A DNA stretch of 64,000 bases from Octopus vulgaris (GCA_951406725.2 OX597827.1:82212001-82276000), one strand, 5' to 3'; positions 1-14,925 are shown, numbered from the stretch's first letter. A program made the numbers and translations. Notes: generated from the sequence alone by a model not told the origin.

Positions 1-1354
1 TATACACACACATCAGCAGGTAGATTTTGATATTTGTATTTATATGTATACAAACATACACATGTACACACACACAAACACACACCCATATATATATATA
101 TACCAATACACTTGTATATACATGCATATATATCTATACATATGTATGTCTACATATCCCGTCTACACATACACAAAGATATATATATGCATATATTTAT
201 ATATAAGTATATATATACACACACACACATATATGTAATTATATACACATGTATGTATATATGTGTATATATACATACACACATATATATATACGTACAG
301 ACATATAAACATATACATATAATTATGTGTATGTGAGTGTGTATGTATGTAGATAGACAGACAGACAGATAGGTTTACTGGAATAGAGTATAGTATTCCT
401 CACATGATGCATACATAACCATCACACACATATACTTGTAACTATACACATACATACATACACATAAGAATACATATACATACATGCATGCGTAAAGGCA
501 CGCATATACATGTCAATATCCTTCTATGCATACACTCACACTGTTGCTAAGCTGATTAGAACACAGATCCAATTTGTACTTACATGCTTTGTTTTGCATC
601 ATGGGCAGGGTGTGCATGCATGCATGTGGGTGAATGTGTGTGCATGTCTGTATGCGTCTGAGTATAAATTTGTCTTCTCCATTTGCCTATCTCTGTCTGT
701 CTGTCTTTCTATTTATCTCTCTATCCACCTATTTACATCAATATTTTGTACAAACATACGCACTCACACACATATATATATGTATATATATATATATACA
801 TATATATATGCATATGCTTGTATATGGATTTTTATGTGTGTGTCTGTATATTTAACTAGCTGTCTCCTTATCTACCAATCTACCTCTCCATCTGTCTACC
901 TGTCTATCAAACCTACATCAAGTATTACACAGAACACAAACTTTATCTTCTTCATTTAAGCTTTATCTCCTGTACATCATGATGTTATATTCTAGATATA
1001 TCGGTGTGTGTGTGTGTGTGTGTAACATATATATAAACATACATATACATATACAAATACATATACATACATATATATACACATATATATACATAAATAT
1101 GTATGTATATATATACATACATATATATATACACATATTCATACACATATATACATATATAAATATACATATATACATTCACATATATAAATACACTTAT
1201 ATACATATATACATACACATATATAAATACACTCATATACATATACATATAAATATACATATATGTATACATATACATATAAATATATGTATATTTATAC
1301 ATATAAATATACATATATGTATACATATACATATAAATATACATATATGTATAC

Positions 1355-1406
<52 letters not shown>

Positions 1407-1539
1407 CCAGTGAAGTTACATAAAGTAGCTGGGCAGCTTGAAGGGTGCCAGAAACAGAGGTGAACATGTGTATGTGTGTGAATGTGTGCGAATGCACTTG
1501 CATGTATATATGTATAATAGTGTTATACATGTGTGTTAT

Positions 1540-2460
1540 ACATACTCGACAGAGTGTAAGTACCTTGAGAGAAATGTTGGACCTAAGAAGCATCAGATGT
1601 GGTGTGCAACAGAGACGACTGCACTGGTATGGTCATGTGGTGAGAATGGATGAGGACATCTGTGTGAAAGAGTGCCACACCCTAGCAGTTGAGGGAACCT
1701 GTGGAAGAGGTAGACCCAGGAAGACCTGGGTTGAAGTGGTGAAGCACGATCTTTGAACTTTAGGCCTCACCAAGGAAATGATTAGTGACCGAGACTTTTG
1801 GAAATATGCCGTATGTGAGAAGACCCAGCAAGCCAAATGAGACTATAATCTTGTGACCTATGCCAGGGCGTTACCAGCCCACTTGCGAAGACCTGTTGAG
1901 GCAAGTGAAATCAAAATCAAAATCAAATTCGATGACTGGCGTCCGTGTTAGCAGGGTGCAAGGAGCACCATACGAGCGTGATCATTGACAGAGTGGCTAA
2001 CCGGTTTCTGTGCCAGTGGCACTTAAAAGGCACCATTCGAGTGTGATCGTTACCAGCGTTGCCTTACTGGCACTCGAGCCCTGTGCTAGTAGGGTATTAA
2101 GAGCACCATCTGAGCGTGATCGTTGCCAGAGTGGCTATCTGGCCTCCATGCCAGTGGCATGTAAAAGACACAATTCGAGCATGATCGTTACCAGCATCGC
2201 CTTACTGGCACCTGTGCGGTGGCATGTGTAAAGGATTCGAGCGAGGTCGTTACCAGTACCGCCTGACTGGCCCTGTGCTGGTGGCACGTAAAAAGCACCC
2301 ACTACACTCTCAGAGTGGTTGACGTTAGGAAGGGCATCCCTCTGTAGAAACTCTGCCAAATCAAGATTGAAGCCTGGTGCAGCCAGCTGGTTTGCCAGCC
2401 CTCAGTCATTCATCTAACCCATGCTAGCATGGAAAGCGGGCGTTAAACGATGATGATGAT
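1540..2460 (+). mobile_element. 5'-truncated RTE-clade LINE: ORF C-terminus, 3' UTR and (GAT)n tail
   Basis: Translation RRLHWYGHVVRMDED..VEGTCGRGRPRKTW..DL*..DRDFWK is the typical RTE C-terminus with an in-frame stop. It is followed by a UTR with internal repeats ending GCGTTAAACGATGATGATGAT. Confidence 0.9.
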
Positions 2461-2829
2461 GTGTGTATATAGGAGAGTACCATACACATACACCACACAT
2501 TTGTGTGTGTCTAAATTTTCTCTTCCATCTAGGAGTTGTAGAGTTTAGTTAGAGCAGCCATCTTCTTGATGACATTTCAAAGTAAAAATTAAAAAAAAGA
2601 CAAAAAACAAAGTCTTTTTCTTTCTGCCATTCTTTGTATACCCTAACCCTAACCTGAACCCTTACCCATTCATCTTTTAAATTTTAGAAACATCTTGAAG
2701 ATTTTTATAGTCCCATCTCTTCTGATCATTTGTGATTTAAGGAGTTGTGTTCTTTCTCCAAGAATCGAAGACCAGATATTCTTTGAGTCATTCCCTTTGT
2801 CACATTTTCTTTCATTCCAGTAATAATCC

Positions 2830-3030
2830 TTTCAACTATCGGCACAAGGCCTGAAATACTTAGAGAGAGGTTTAGTTGATTACCTCAACCCCACTCCTGA
2901 TACTTCTTTTAATGACCCTAAAAGGATGAAAGGCAAAGTCAACCACAATGGGATTTGAACACAGAACATAAAGGAAAATGGAATACCACCAGGCATTTTA
3001 TCTTGTGTGTTATGATTCTGGCATCTAATC
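2830..3030 (-). mobile_element. Degenerate SINE family A copy
   Basis: AAAGGATGAAAGGCAAAGTCAAC..GGATTTGAAC is the reverse complement of the family A core and B box. Confidence 0.7.
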
Positions 3031-4547
3031 ACATTTTCCTTTTCTTTTCAGAAATATTTTAAATATAAAAATTAGAAGTTTATTTTCACTAATGGATTTA
3101 CAAAATTCTTCCTCATTATCTTTGTCCAGTAACTTTTGACTACATTGATGTCAAATGGACAGCTGATACCCACAACAGATCAGGTTTTTATTTTGAGGTC
3201 CCAAACAACAATATTCTGTTCATTCTTTATAATTTAATAGCTGTATTTATTCTCCAGTTCCACAAATATTTTTTTAAGCCCTCAATTTTCAAGAGTTTGC
3301 TTTTATTATTAGTTGTCCTGGTTACCAAATCACACAGGGACATTTTGGACATAATGTAGCTAATAACGACTTCAGTTTTGACTCTACAGACCCCTTATGT
3401 TTATAGCTGGATGATGAGTTTGCCACTTGAGCAGGAGGGAACATGGTGGGGCTTTCGAAATATGTAGGGGCTGGGTTCATCTTAAAAGTGTGATATGTCC
3501 TACTTGTCAACAACACTTTACCACCTGAATTTGTTACAATATGATGCATCCCAAAGCACAAGAGACACAAACACCACCAGATGCCTTTGGATAATACCAG
3601 ATACTTACAGATACCACCATAAGCAATCATACACCCCTAACCATCAAGAAAGGTATGACCACACACCACCACGCAGCACCTTCTGGCTCCATGTACTTTC
3701 ATACAGTACCAGACATCTCTCTATATACCAACATACATTAGCAGACATTAACCCGTTTCTTGCCCCCATACATTACCACACACCCATCTACCCAGCAATG
3801 TACTCAGCCAGCCACCCGTCCACCCCAGCTAGCCACCCACTACTGTCTGCCCTATACCCCTGGATATGAAACTTTGACCAGTCAAGAATTACATCATCAT
3901 CTTTAACGATTCATGTCACGTTTTTATAAATCTTTTCTCTAAATTTTCTCTTTTGTTTCGGTTTGTATTATGCATACATACATACATACATACATATATA
4001 CACACATACATACGCACACACATACATATATGCACACACAAACACATACGTATACTCATACACACGTACAAATATATATTTATATATAATCATACATACA
4101 CATCTTAAAATACATATATGTATATATATATATATATGTATGTATATATATATATACCTATCTATGTTTATATATACACATATATATATAGAGAGAGAGG
4201 TGTGCGTGCGTGTGTGCGGTCGTCTTTCTTTTCTCCTGTTCAGTGTTCTTGTTTCTGTTACTTTCAGCGTCAAAGCCAACATCCAGCCTCACAGACAGCT
4301 TTCATCTTTCTTTTATTTCTAGTTTCTGTCTGCCCCAATAGACACAGGCTGCTGCTGCTGTTGTTGTTGTTGTTGTCGTCGTTGTTGTTGTTGTCTTCAA
4401 GAGCCAAGAATCTTCTAGAACTACTGTTGTTGTTGTTGTAGAGTTAATTAAAGACCTTCAGTAGAATCATTAAATATTGCTTAACGTCAGAGAAATACAC
4501 GTAGTCATATCTTTTGAGGTCGTCTGCACAAAGACATTGTTAAAGGG

Positions 4548-4630
4548 TTGTTGTTGTGGCTGTTTAACCCTAGGTCAACCCTGATTAAGTAAATATATGA
4601 TCAAGGGACATTCCAGCTATGACCATCCCG
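4548..4630 (-). mobile_element. Old retroelement 3' end with (AAC)n tail (family D)
   Basis: TTTAACCCTAGGTCAACCCTGAT..TGATCAA..ATTCCAGCTATGACCATC recurs in degenerate form at about 8270-8350, 46805-46880, 49050-49120 and 49495-49570, mostly after (GTT)n. Confidence 0.55.
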
Positions 4631-5559
4631 TACAGAAATGTTGCTTAATGCCAGACAAATGCAAGGAATTATATTGAGATTGTCTTCAGGAAGACATTAT
4701 TTCTAGAGTTGGCTACCCTTCCTAATGCCAACCACTTAAGACAATGTACTGAGTACTTTTCTCATGACATCTGCAATAGTGAGGTTGCTCTGTAACAGCC
4801 CTATTCAACTGGGTAGTGGGGTGTATGTTGAAAGGCTAAAGTAAGATGGGGGGACAATCACAAGTGTCGTTTACTATAGAGGAGAGATAGATGGCTACCC
4901 TGCATTAAAGACAGACAAAGATGATGATGACGAGGTTCTAGAGTGAATTCTCAAGGTACAGGAGTACGTGAATGAGTACAAGAAGGGGATAAAGTGCAGG
5001 GTGATGCCCAGTGACAGAGATGGAGATGAGAGGTACAAAGGGTGGCTATAGTGAGTGGAACAACAATAATGGTTGGCATCAGGGGTAACTATGAAAGAGT
5101 GTAAAGAATGATAGCAGGTATGAGAGGTGTTAAAGGCAAAATATAGCAGGTGTGAGATGAAGCTCAGAAGAGAAGAAGTGGTAACTAATGGCGCAGAAAG
5201 GAGGCAATTAGGAAAAAAATCATGTGGAAAACGATGGTAATTAGAATGAGGGATGGATGTTAATAGGAGATGGTTTGAAGGAGGCAACTGGTAGTGCAAA
5301 GAGGGGATGAAATAATTGTTGATTTTGCTTTCAAGTGATTACAACAAATGAGAACTTCCATAGTTAGAAGAGTGATGGAGGGATGGGTGTTAGGAAGATG
5401 TGACATGGGGTGTTTGGTGTGGGCAGAGGGATGCAGGAGCAGGACCCAGCATCCACAGACATAAACAAAATCCTTTCTAACTTTTTCTGTAACAGATGGG
5501 TCTTCTCAAGCACAGAAAATCTCCAAACATTTCTGTCCTTTCACACTTCTGTAAAATAT

Positions 5560-5710
5560 GATTTCTTGACAGCAGCCTTCCCTATTTCACCCCAGAGTTT
5601 TCGAGGTCTTCCTCTTCCACAAGTTCTATTCACTTTAAGCAGTTAGCACCTCTTTATAACAGCTGTCCCCATCCTTATGAATCATATAACCAAACCATCC
5701 ACTTCGATAG
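5560..5710 (-). mobile_element. Old RTE LINE C-terminal fragment
   Basis: Minus-strand translation includes WFG..TCGRGRPRKLW. Confidence 0.6.
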
Positions 5711-5845
5711 AATATCCTAAAACCATCTTGCTGAATGCTTGTGCATGCACAGCCCTGTCCCACCTCCGTTCTCACTGCCCCATCAAGGTTCTCAAACATC
5801 TCATTCCCTAACACTCAACACATTATCTCTGGTATTATTCAGCTG

Positions 5846-6077
5846 AGTTGGCAAGCTGGCAGAAACGTTAGCACGCTGGGCAAAATGCTCAGCAGTATTT
5901 CATCTGTCACTACGTTCTGAGTTCAAATTCCGCCGAGGTTGACTTTGCCTTTCATCCTTTCGGGGTCGATTAAATAAGTACCAGTCACGCACTGGGGTCG
6001 ATATAATCGACTTAAGCCGTTTGTCTGTCCTTGTTTGTCCCTTCTGTGTTTAGCCCCTTGTGAGTAATAAAGAAATA
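5846..6077 (+). mobile_element. Full-length tRNA-derived SINE family A with 15-bp TSD
   Basis: A-box-like GCTGGCAGAAACGTTAG, B box GAGTTCAAATTCC and central GCCTTTCATCCTTTCGGGGTCGAT. TSD GGTATTATTCAGCTG at 5831-5845 and 6078-6092. Confidence 0.9.
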
Positions 6078-6855
6078 GGTATTATTCAGCTGGGAGCAGA
6101 AGAAGCACATATTACATCCCTTCTCTTTCATTACCTTCTCCTTTCCTCCCCTTCCCCAGAACTACTTCCATTCCTCATCATCTTCTTCCAGCTATGCCCT
6201 CTCCTCTCTACTATACTCCATCTTTAACACCTCTTTTATCCTCTAATGCCCTCTCATATCTAACATAACCCCCTTTTCCCCAGCCACTCCTCTATTTCTT
6301 ACCATCAATAACTAGTCACCTTAATCCCATCTCCCCACACATTCCCACGAAACTTCCCCCTTTGTCCCCCTTGTTCACTCACCCAATAAAATCCTCTCTA
6401 TCACTTCCCCTATACTCACCCCCTCACTCTACCACCACCTCTTGCACTCCCTCCATCTCTCTCTTAGTCTCTCTCTTCCTCTCCCTTCTCCTCCAGCTAG
6501 GACATCCCTGTATCCCTTCTACAGCAGGACACTTACCTCTACCCCTCAGTTATTCTTCTGCAATCTCATCACCAGGTACAAGGCTACCTCCCACAAAACC
6601 ACTCCACCTCCAGTGGAGGAGACTTTGCCTTAACTTGCAAGTCACTTGGTGACCCCCACCAGTGCTGGTGCCATGAAAAATGCAGCCAGGACATTCAGTA
6701 AAGTGGTTGGAGGTTGGAAGTGGTTGGAGATTAAATGATGATGAAGATGATGGTGATGATGATAATGGTGATGATGATGATGATGGTGGTGGTGGTGACG
6801 ACAACGACAAGGATGACAATGGTGATGATGATGCTGGTGACGATATATATATATT

Positions 6856-7243
6856 CTTTCTTTATTCTTTTATTTGTTTCAGTCATTTGACTGTGGCCAT
6901 GCTGGAGCACCACCCTTAGTTGAACAAATTGACCCCAGGACTTATTCTTTGTAAGCCTAATACTTATTCTATTAGCCTCTATTGCTGAACTGTTAAGTTA
7001 CAGGGGCATAAACATGCCAACATTGGTTGTCAAGCAATTGTGGGGGGGACAAAAACAGACATACACAAATGCATACATAAACACATACATACATATATAC
7101 ACGATGGGCTTCTTTAAGTTTCCATCTACCAAATTCACTCACAAGGCTTGGGCGGCCCAAGACTATAGTAGAAGACTCTTGCCCACACAGTGTGACTGAA
7201 CCTGTAACCATGTGGTTGGGAAGCAAACTGACCATGCAGCCAC
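6856..7243 (-). mobile_element. tRNA-derived CORE-like SINE family B with internal microsatellite
   Basis: Minus-strand head GTGGCTG..TGG..GGTTCAGTC, then GGGCAAG.GTCTTCTACTATAG, an internal (TG/TA)n and a 3' end GCTCCAGCATGGCCACAGTCAAATGACTGAAAC. Partial copies at about 13845-13985, 20200-20335, 20785-20880, 26495-26640, 30038-30185, 51411-51545, 55590-55795 and 63560-63610. Confidence 0.85.
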
Positions 7244-7376
7244 AGAAAAAAATGAATAAGCAAATGAGTGGAAATCAAATCGGTGTGTGTGTTAATTAAT
7301 AAGGCCTTAAAACAGAATGACTTTTCCCAGACAAAATAATATATATACATGTATATATGTACATATGTATACTTAT

Positions 7377-7408
<32 letters not shown>

Positions 7409-7428
7409 CTATATGTACACACACACAG

Positions 7429-7463
<35 letters not shown>

Positions 7464-7979
7464 CATATCTATATGAGTGTGTTTGTGTGTATATAATATA
7501 TGAATCATCCAAAATGGAGATGAGAACCAGGACTTCCATGTGATGATGCAGTACACTTGAACAATCATGAAATCTCTGCATGAAACCATTGGTTGCCTTG
7601 CTAACCTGCAAATAAAGAGTATTCATCCACCAGTGCAGAGTTAAGCACTCGTTCTCACTGTTTGATATTACCAGATATAAATATGTATTTATATATATAT
7701 ATATTATATACACACATATGTACATACATATATATATATACACACACACACACATACGTATATATGTATACAAAGGAATATTAAAGAATAACAATAACAG
7801 CATCAACAACAACATCACTCCACCCCCACCCCACCACCACCACCGAATCCCAAATCAAAGAAACAGAAAATTGTCGAATTACAATTGATTAACGCTATTG
7901 ATGTGACGGTGATCAGTTCAATTCTTAACAACAACCTGAGGTGGCTGCAGTGATGATGATGTGTCATATGGTGCAATGT

Positions 7980-8220
7980 TGATGATGGTGGTGGTGATGA
8001 TGGTGATGGTTATGGTGGTGATGACGGTGATGATGATGATGGTGGTGGTGATGATGATGATGGTGATGATGATGGTGGTGATGATAATGATGATGATGAT
8101 GATAATGATGATGGTGGTAATGATGATGGTAGTGATGATGATGATGATGACGGTTATGGTGGTGGTGATGATGGTGATGATGATGGTGATGGTGATGATG
8201 ATGATGATGGTGGTGGTGAT
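7980..8220. repeat. Compound (GAT/GGT)n microsatellite
   Basis: Seen directly; it produces the spurious poly-M/V and poly-I/T ORFs. Confidence 0.95.
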
Positions 8221-10033
8221 TGTGACTGTTGTAGGGTGCTGATGTTTATTCATGCCATAGTATTGATGTGTTGTTGTTGTTGTTGTTGTGGCTGATATTT
8301 ATCTCCATGTCAACCATGATCAAAGGCTTTCCAACCATGGCCATCTTGTCATTTGTCTCTGTGTAGGAAGTTTAGGACTCTGCTATCCAATGTGTTTGTC
8401 ATCAGCACAGCAGGGTATGATTTGAGGAAGACTTTGCTATGATGTCTTGCAAGCCGAGGATCCAGCTCGTCTCTTCTGTGGTGATGGTGTATGGTGGGGG
8501 CGTGGCAGGGAGAGAACAATTGGTGAGGAGGGGTAGAGACGATGATGTGTTGGGGGTGGTAGCAGTGATATTGTGTGTGATGATGTAGGGGGTAGTAGGG
8601 GGGAAGAATAATACAGATGGCAACAATGTGCGACAATGATGCAGGGGTGATGATGATGTGGAGGGGGATGAGGTGAGGATGATGAAATAATGACAGGAAC
8701 CAAAGAACAATGATAACAGTAGCGATAACATTACAGGGTAATTTTCTTTGTGGAATTTAAATTGGACAAAATATTGCATAAATCTTCTTTCTTCCCCCAC
8801 CCTGGGGCCATGTGGGTCTGTTGTTGGGTCTGTGTGTTTCCGTGGTTTTCTTTATTTTTTTTTTTTAGGATATTAATAAAAAATAGGCTGAGATGGAAAT
8901 TTCCCAGCCTCAGCCATTTTCATTACTGCCATTACAACCATGGCCACCATTGGGAACATTATCATCATCAACAATAACATCTTGGTGACAAAAATAACAG
9001 CAACACCACCAACCACTGCCTCTACCACCACCACCACCACCACCACCACCACCACCACCACCACCACCACCATGCTAAAAAAGACACCTACTTCAATATT
9101 ATATTCCTAACCTCACAATATCAAATCCGGAAAATTGGAAAAAAAAATAATGTGGTCCCTGGTGAGGATTTATTTAATAATGGGGGGGGGGGGAGAGTAG
9201 GGGGATGAGAAAGGAATATGGGGGAGTGGGAGGGAGTGGGGGTGTGTGCTGGAGGGAACAAACTTAAAACTGAGAAAAACTAATGAAATATGAAAGACAG
9301 TTTAATATGAAATATAACCACCACCACCACTGCACTACCACTATGCCATTACACTAACAGCACTACACAACTACTACCACCACCATCACCAACAACAACA
9401 CCACCACCATCACCACACTACTAACGTCACCACCTCCACCACCAGCATCACTAATTTACAATTAAAAAAAGGAGAAATTTGATGTTGTAAAGGTTAGGAA
9501 AAAATTACTGAAAAATTACTCTGTGTGTGTGTGTGTGTGTGCCTTCGTGTGTGTGTGTGTGTGTGTGCCTTCGTGTGTGTGTGTGTGTGTGTGTGTGTCT
9601 TCGTGTGTGTGTGTGTGTGTGTCTTCGTGTGTGTGTGTGTGTTGCAAGTCAGGTTGTTATTGAAAGGAAATTACTGCAAGAGAGAGAAGTGTGTAGAGAG
9701 GGGAGAGGAGAGAGAGTTGTAGAGTGTGAGTGAGTATGTGTGTGTGTGAGAGTGTGTGTAAGTGTGTGAGTGTGTAAGAATGCTAGTTTTTCTTCCTTGA
9801 CTGCTGAGTAGCATCTTTTAATGAACCTACCTCGCATTTTTTATACACATATACACATGTACATTTAAGTGTGTGTGTATATATAAAGACATGAATATAC
9901 ATATGCATATGTATTAATTTTTATGTATGCATATATGTGTGTATGTATATACATATACCTTTATATATGGTATGTATATCTCCTTGTGTCATCAGTATAT
10001 ATATATATGCATGTGTGCATATATATTTATATT

Positions 10034-10093
<60 letters not shown>

Positions 10094-10934
10094 GCATGTG
10101 TGTGTATACATATGTGTGTGTTTATGTGTATGTATATATGTATGTATACATATGGGTGTATTTGTGAATGTTTATATATATATATAAATGTATATGTACA
10201 GACAACTACACACTGATATGTGTATATGATGATGATGATGACGATGATGATGATCATCATCATCAATTTCCATCAAGTGTCTGATCTGGTATGGAGTGGA
10301 CTGGTCATGCCAGTGTCAATCAGTTCTTATTTAAAGAGGATTTGTAAGGACACACCCAGCGCATACATTTTGTTTCTACAGCCGGGTGCCTTTCCTGTTA
10401 TTAATCCCACATTACACAGTGTACTGGGTGCATTTTTGTCTCAGCATCACCACACACGACTGAGGTTTTAACCCCCAAAGTAAAAGGGTCCTCGTTACCC
10501 TTGTTACTTTTAATGTACCATGTCCCCAAAAAAGTGAATGGAAGAGAGTGGTGACAGAGGAATGAGGAGGAATGCTTGGTGAACTGGTGATGCTGTATGG
10601 GGTTTGAAGAATGGGTACGTAGCATGGTGCCCATGAAAGACAGTGCTCTGAAAGCCCCTCACCTGATGACATGTTAGTGCACAGATATTGCTTATAATAT
10701 ATACAAGATGAAACATTCAGTAACTAACAGCTGTTGCTAATGAACAGAAACAATTGTTGTGATTTTTAATTAAAACCTGTTCGTTTCATCTTCTTGTTTT
10801 ATGAATTTTTTTTTTGTATGAATTCTGTGTATGCTAATAGATTTCCACATGTTTATGTAGGAAAAAGAATTATACATGCTACATGGTAGCATATGGTAAC
10901 CGATAACTGTAGAGGAGCTTTGAAATGCACATTA

Positions 10935-11100
10935 GTGGCATTTTGTCCATCTTAGCATTCTGATTTCAAATGCCTCCATGGCTGACTTTGCCTCCCATCC
11001 TTTTGGATTGATGCAATCAGAACCATTTAAGCGCTGGAGTCAAAGTAATTGACCAGCCCTCTCCCCACAAATTTCAGATCTTGAGTCTATAACAGAAGGG
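10935..11100 (+). mobile_element. Degenerate SINE family A copy
   Basis: TTCTGATTTCAAAT..GACTTTGCCTCCCATCCTTTTGG core. Confidence 0.6.
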
Positions 11101-11509
11101 CTATATCCAGAGGCTTAATGTCTTGGCATTTGCCACAATCAAGTGGTCTCAATGTTAAAAAGTGCAAAACTGCTTGAACATTCTGGACATTGACTGACAA
11201 GAAATCCCCTGCAAATGGTTTGTGTGTCTTGTTTTTGCCCAGTTCCCTGTTTATTATGTTACCATCCAGTTCCCTGTATGTTGTTTTTCTTACATTTCTA
11301 CTTGTTGTGTTTTCTCTTTGTTGTGTTCTTTCTGTTCAACCTTTGATTAATATATAAAGCGATAGGATGTTGTCAACTTAATGTGACTGTCCCATGAAAG
11401 GGAAGAATGCTACTGCTATTTAGCCCTAGGAAACACCGTTTCCTGTCGGCCTTGACACATTTCCTGTGTCCTTATGTTTTCAAAGGGGAGATAAGCACCT
11501 CCACCCAGC

Positions 11510-11760
11510 AAAGCCAGCATCCTAAGAAGATGAAGTGGCCTGCTTGTTCCCCCAACTTAAACCCAATAGAAATCTTGCGGAGTATTCTAAAGTGATGAGT
11601 TTACAAGAATGGATGCCAATTTAGGAGTGAGAATGAACTGTGGCTGGCAATGGTGGCTGGATCTCATGGTGTAACATCAGAGGTGATCCAGAAACTGGCA
11701 TGTTCCATGGACCAGCACCTTTTCCAACTTATTTCAAACAATGGCTCATGTATCCCTCAC
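11510..11760 (+). mobile_element. Tc1-like transposase C-terminal relic
   Basis: MKWPACSPNLNPIEIL matches the Tc1 WPxxSPDLNPIE motif. Confidence 0.75.
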
Positions 11761-14441
11761 TAACCAGCAGACCTTTCATTTTTAAATGCTGTTTATGTGT
11801 TCATTTCTGTTTCTTCCAGGTTTATGACTGTATAATGTTATTTCAGTATGTAATTAAATTAAACAATTAAATCGGTATTTTCTTGTTTACATGAGTTTTA
11901 ATTACACCTCGCTAATAATTGAAAACAGTGCAAGTTTATGTAAATTTGGTAAATGGCCGTAGTTTGTGTTGTTTCGTGGAACCTCTTTGGCACAGCACGT
12001 GAATATAATTGTTGCCATCATTCTGTGAAAATTTCATTGGATTCCAACAAGTTGTTTTTAAATAAAATTTTTTAAATGTTACATCATTAATGATTTGAAA
12101 TGCAGAGTAAATACATATAAAAATATGTGTCTATGGAATTATATTCTTGCATGCATGCGTATGTATGTGTGTGTGTGTGTGTGTGTAAGCAGACATATAT
12201 TCATTTGTAATTGCCTAAACTCTTTACTGAACATTTTTAATTTATGCAGTAATTCAAATTATTTGTTAACCGCTCACACACACGTATTTACACACATATG
12301 CACACACAAACACACAATCTTGACTAATGCACAAGCAGTGAAGTGGCCGCTAGCGTGGATGATGCCATCATCCATGGAAATTCAATAACATAAGACTTAA
12401 TTAAGTATAAAATAGAAAGAAGAAGGATAAGAGTGATGTTTAACAATGGTGGGGGGAAATAATTGTGGACATGTTTCTGACTTATTAAACCTTGTCAGTG
12501 AACTATTGTCTCTGTGTTACTAAGATGAAACAACATTAGATGTGAGAGAAAGAAAGAGAGAGGGAAGTGAGGAAGGTGAGAGAAAGAGAGAAGGTGGGAC
12601 AGACAGACAGTGAGGCAGAGTGGGAGATGGTGAGAGAAAAGGAGAAAGAAGGATGAAGAGGGGTAGACGGGGAGACGGGGAGACAGGTAGTGAGGTGGAG
12701 TGAGAGATAGAAAGAATGAAAGTGAGATGGAGAGGGAGAGAAAGAAAAGACAAGAGAGACAGAGAAGCAGAGAGAAAGAGACAGAGGGAGAAAGAAAGTG
12801 AATGACAAAGGGAGCATGAGAAAGAGAGAAAGAGTGAGGGAGGAAGAGAGAGAGAGAGAGAGAGTGATGGTGTGATTCATGGAGAGACCCTGAGTTGTGA
12901 GATAACTTGAAAGAATGAGGAATCATTCTCAGGGGTGCCTGCTGTATGAAAGCTTGATAGTAAAGTGAACATTAACATATTAATTAATATAGTAGGATAA
13001 GAAAATTTAATTAAATTTAAAATAATGTTGATGAGCCAAACATTTATCAAAATTATTAATTCTGGTAAAAACGAAAACAAAAAACAATAAAACAATGGAG
13101 ACAAGGTACCCACCCACCCACCACCCCTGCCATAATATTTCATATTTTAATTACAATTTTAGGATTGTATCCCTTGTGTTTTTAAACTAAAATTAAATTA
13201 ATCATCAAGGAAATAATTGTACTTATCATTAAGAATTCTAATTAATTAAATTATCTTGGTTACTACTTTATGTGTGTTAGTGTCTGCTTCACTGTTAGGT
13301 TTACATGCAGCTGGAGACCCCGGGTATTTATTCAATGTTATTTATTTTTAGATTCTACATACATAAACAGACAACAAGCAACAAACTTATTCATTCACTG
13401 GTATACACACACACACACACACACACACACAGCTTGATTATATCTACATAAATACACATGCGCACACACACACACACGCACATGCTCAGCTAAATATACA
13501 CACACATAACTACATGTACACATACCAATATAGCTACACACACACAGTTACCAAACCCCTAGACCCACACCCAAAGTTAAACCAAACACAACTCAATAGG
13601 GAGGAAAAGGGGAGGTGGTTGGTGAGGCAGGGAGGATTGACTAAATTATAGTAGTAGTAGTAGTAGTAGTAGTTGAGTATGAACTGACCTACAAACACTG
13701 GCACACAAACATTCACAAACACATACACTTATACACGACACACACACAAACACTCATACAAACACTCTTACACACACACAAGCACATTCATGCACACACG
13801 AACACATACACACACACACAAACACCCACTGACACACAGAAAGAAGTTTTATCCTTTTACTGTTTTATTGATTTCAGTCATTGGAATATGGCCATGCTGG
13901 AGCTCCGTTTGCAAGACAGTCGGTCACATTGACACCAGTGCATATTTCATTGATATCTACTTATTGAACTGCTAAGTTATGGGATATAAAGGAACAGTAA
14001 AACATCTCATAGTGTGAATACAAGACCATAGGATGGATGTTTTGTTTGAATTTTGAAAGAGTTGAATATATTCGATGGCATCACCACAAGATGAATGAAG
14101 AGGTTTATGTACTCGGCATCATCCGTACTCTTGTCTCTCTGCACAGGGTGGCCTTTGCTGGCCCTTATCAGCTGTCATACTTTAGACACTGCCTCATTGT
14201 AAAAGGTTCCTCAACTACACTGCTGTTATGGGGATTGGAGACACACAGCATGAAACTGATGGCCAACCAAAGTTTCATAATGGACAGAGATTCTTTGCTG
14301 AGCCAGAACTTTCTGTGGGTGGACATCTTCTAAAATGGATCTTGGGTGTGGCCACTTGAAGAACAAATGCTACCCACAATCCATATAGCCCCTCACTTCT
14401 CCAACTCCTAATTCTCTAATTTTTCTCTCTTAATACATCAT

Positions 14442-14735
14442 CATCATCGTTTAACGTCCGCTTTCCATGCTAGCATGGGTTGGACGATTTTGACTGAGGG
14501 CTGGCGAACTAGATGGCTGCACCAGGCTTCAATCTTGATCTGGCAGAGTTTCTACAGTTGGATGCCCTTCCTAACGCCAACCACTCCGAGAGTGTAGTGG
14601 GTGCTTTTTACGTGCCACCGGCACGGGGGCCAGTCAGGCGGTACTGACAATGACCTTGCTCGAATCTTTTTACACATGCCATCAGCACAGGTACCAGTAA
14701 GGTGATGCTGGTAACGATCACACTTGAATCGTGCC
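14442..14735 (-). mobile_element. RTE LINE 3' UTR fragment with 13-bp TSD
   Basis: Reverse complement of about 2170-2460. TSD CTTAATACATCAT at 14429-14441 and 14736-14748. Confidence 0.9.
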
Positions 14736-14759
14736 CTTAATACATCATTATTAAAATGA

Positions 14760-14925
14760 AGCTCAGCAGCATTTTGTCCAACTTTATGATCTGAGTTCAA
14801 ATTTTGCTGAGGCTGACTTTGCCTTTCAACGTTTCAGAATCAATAAAATATTCAAGCGCAGGGGTCAATGTAATTGAATTACTTACCCACTTGAGATTGC
14901 TGGCCTGGAGCCAAAATTTGAAATT
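14760..14925 (+). mobile_element. Degenerate SINE family A copy
   Basis: CTGAGTTCAAATTTTGCTGAGGCTGACTTTGCCTTTCA. Confidence 0.7.

Noticed and set aside
2641-2668. CCCTAACCCTAACC as telomeric repeat
   Set aside because: Only about two perfect units.
10731-10762. CTAATGA aca GAAACAATTGTT as a hammerhead
   Set aside because: The core is mutated and neither stem I nor stem II is present.
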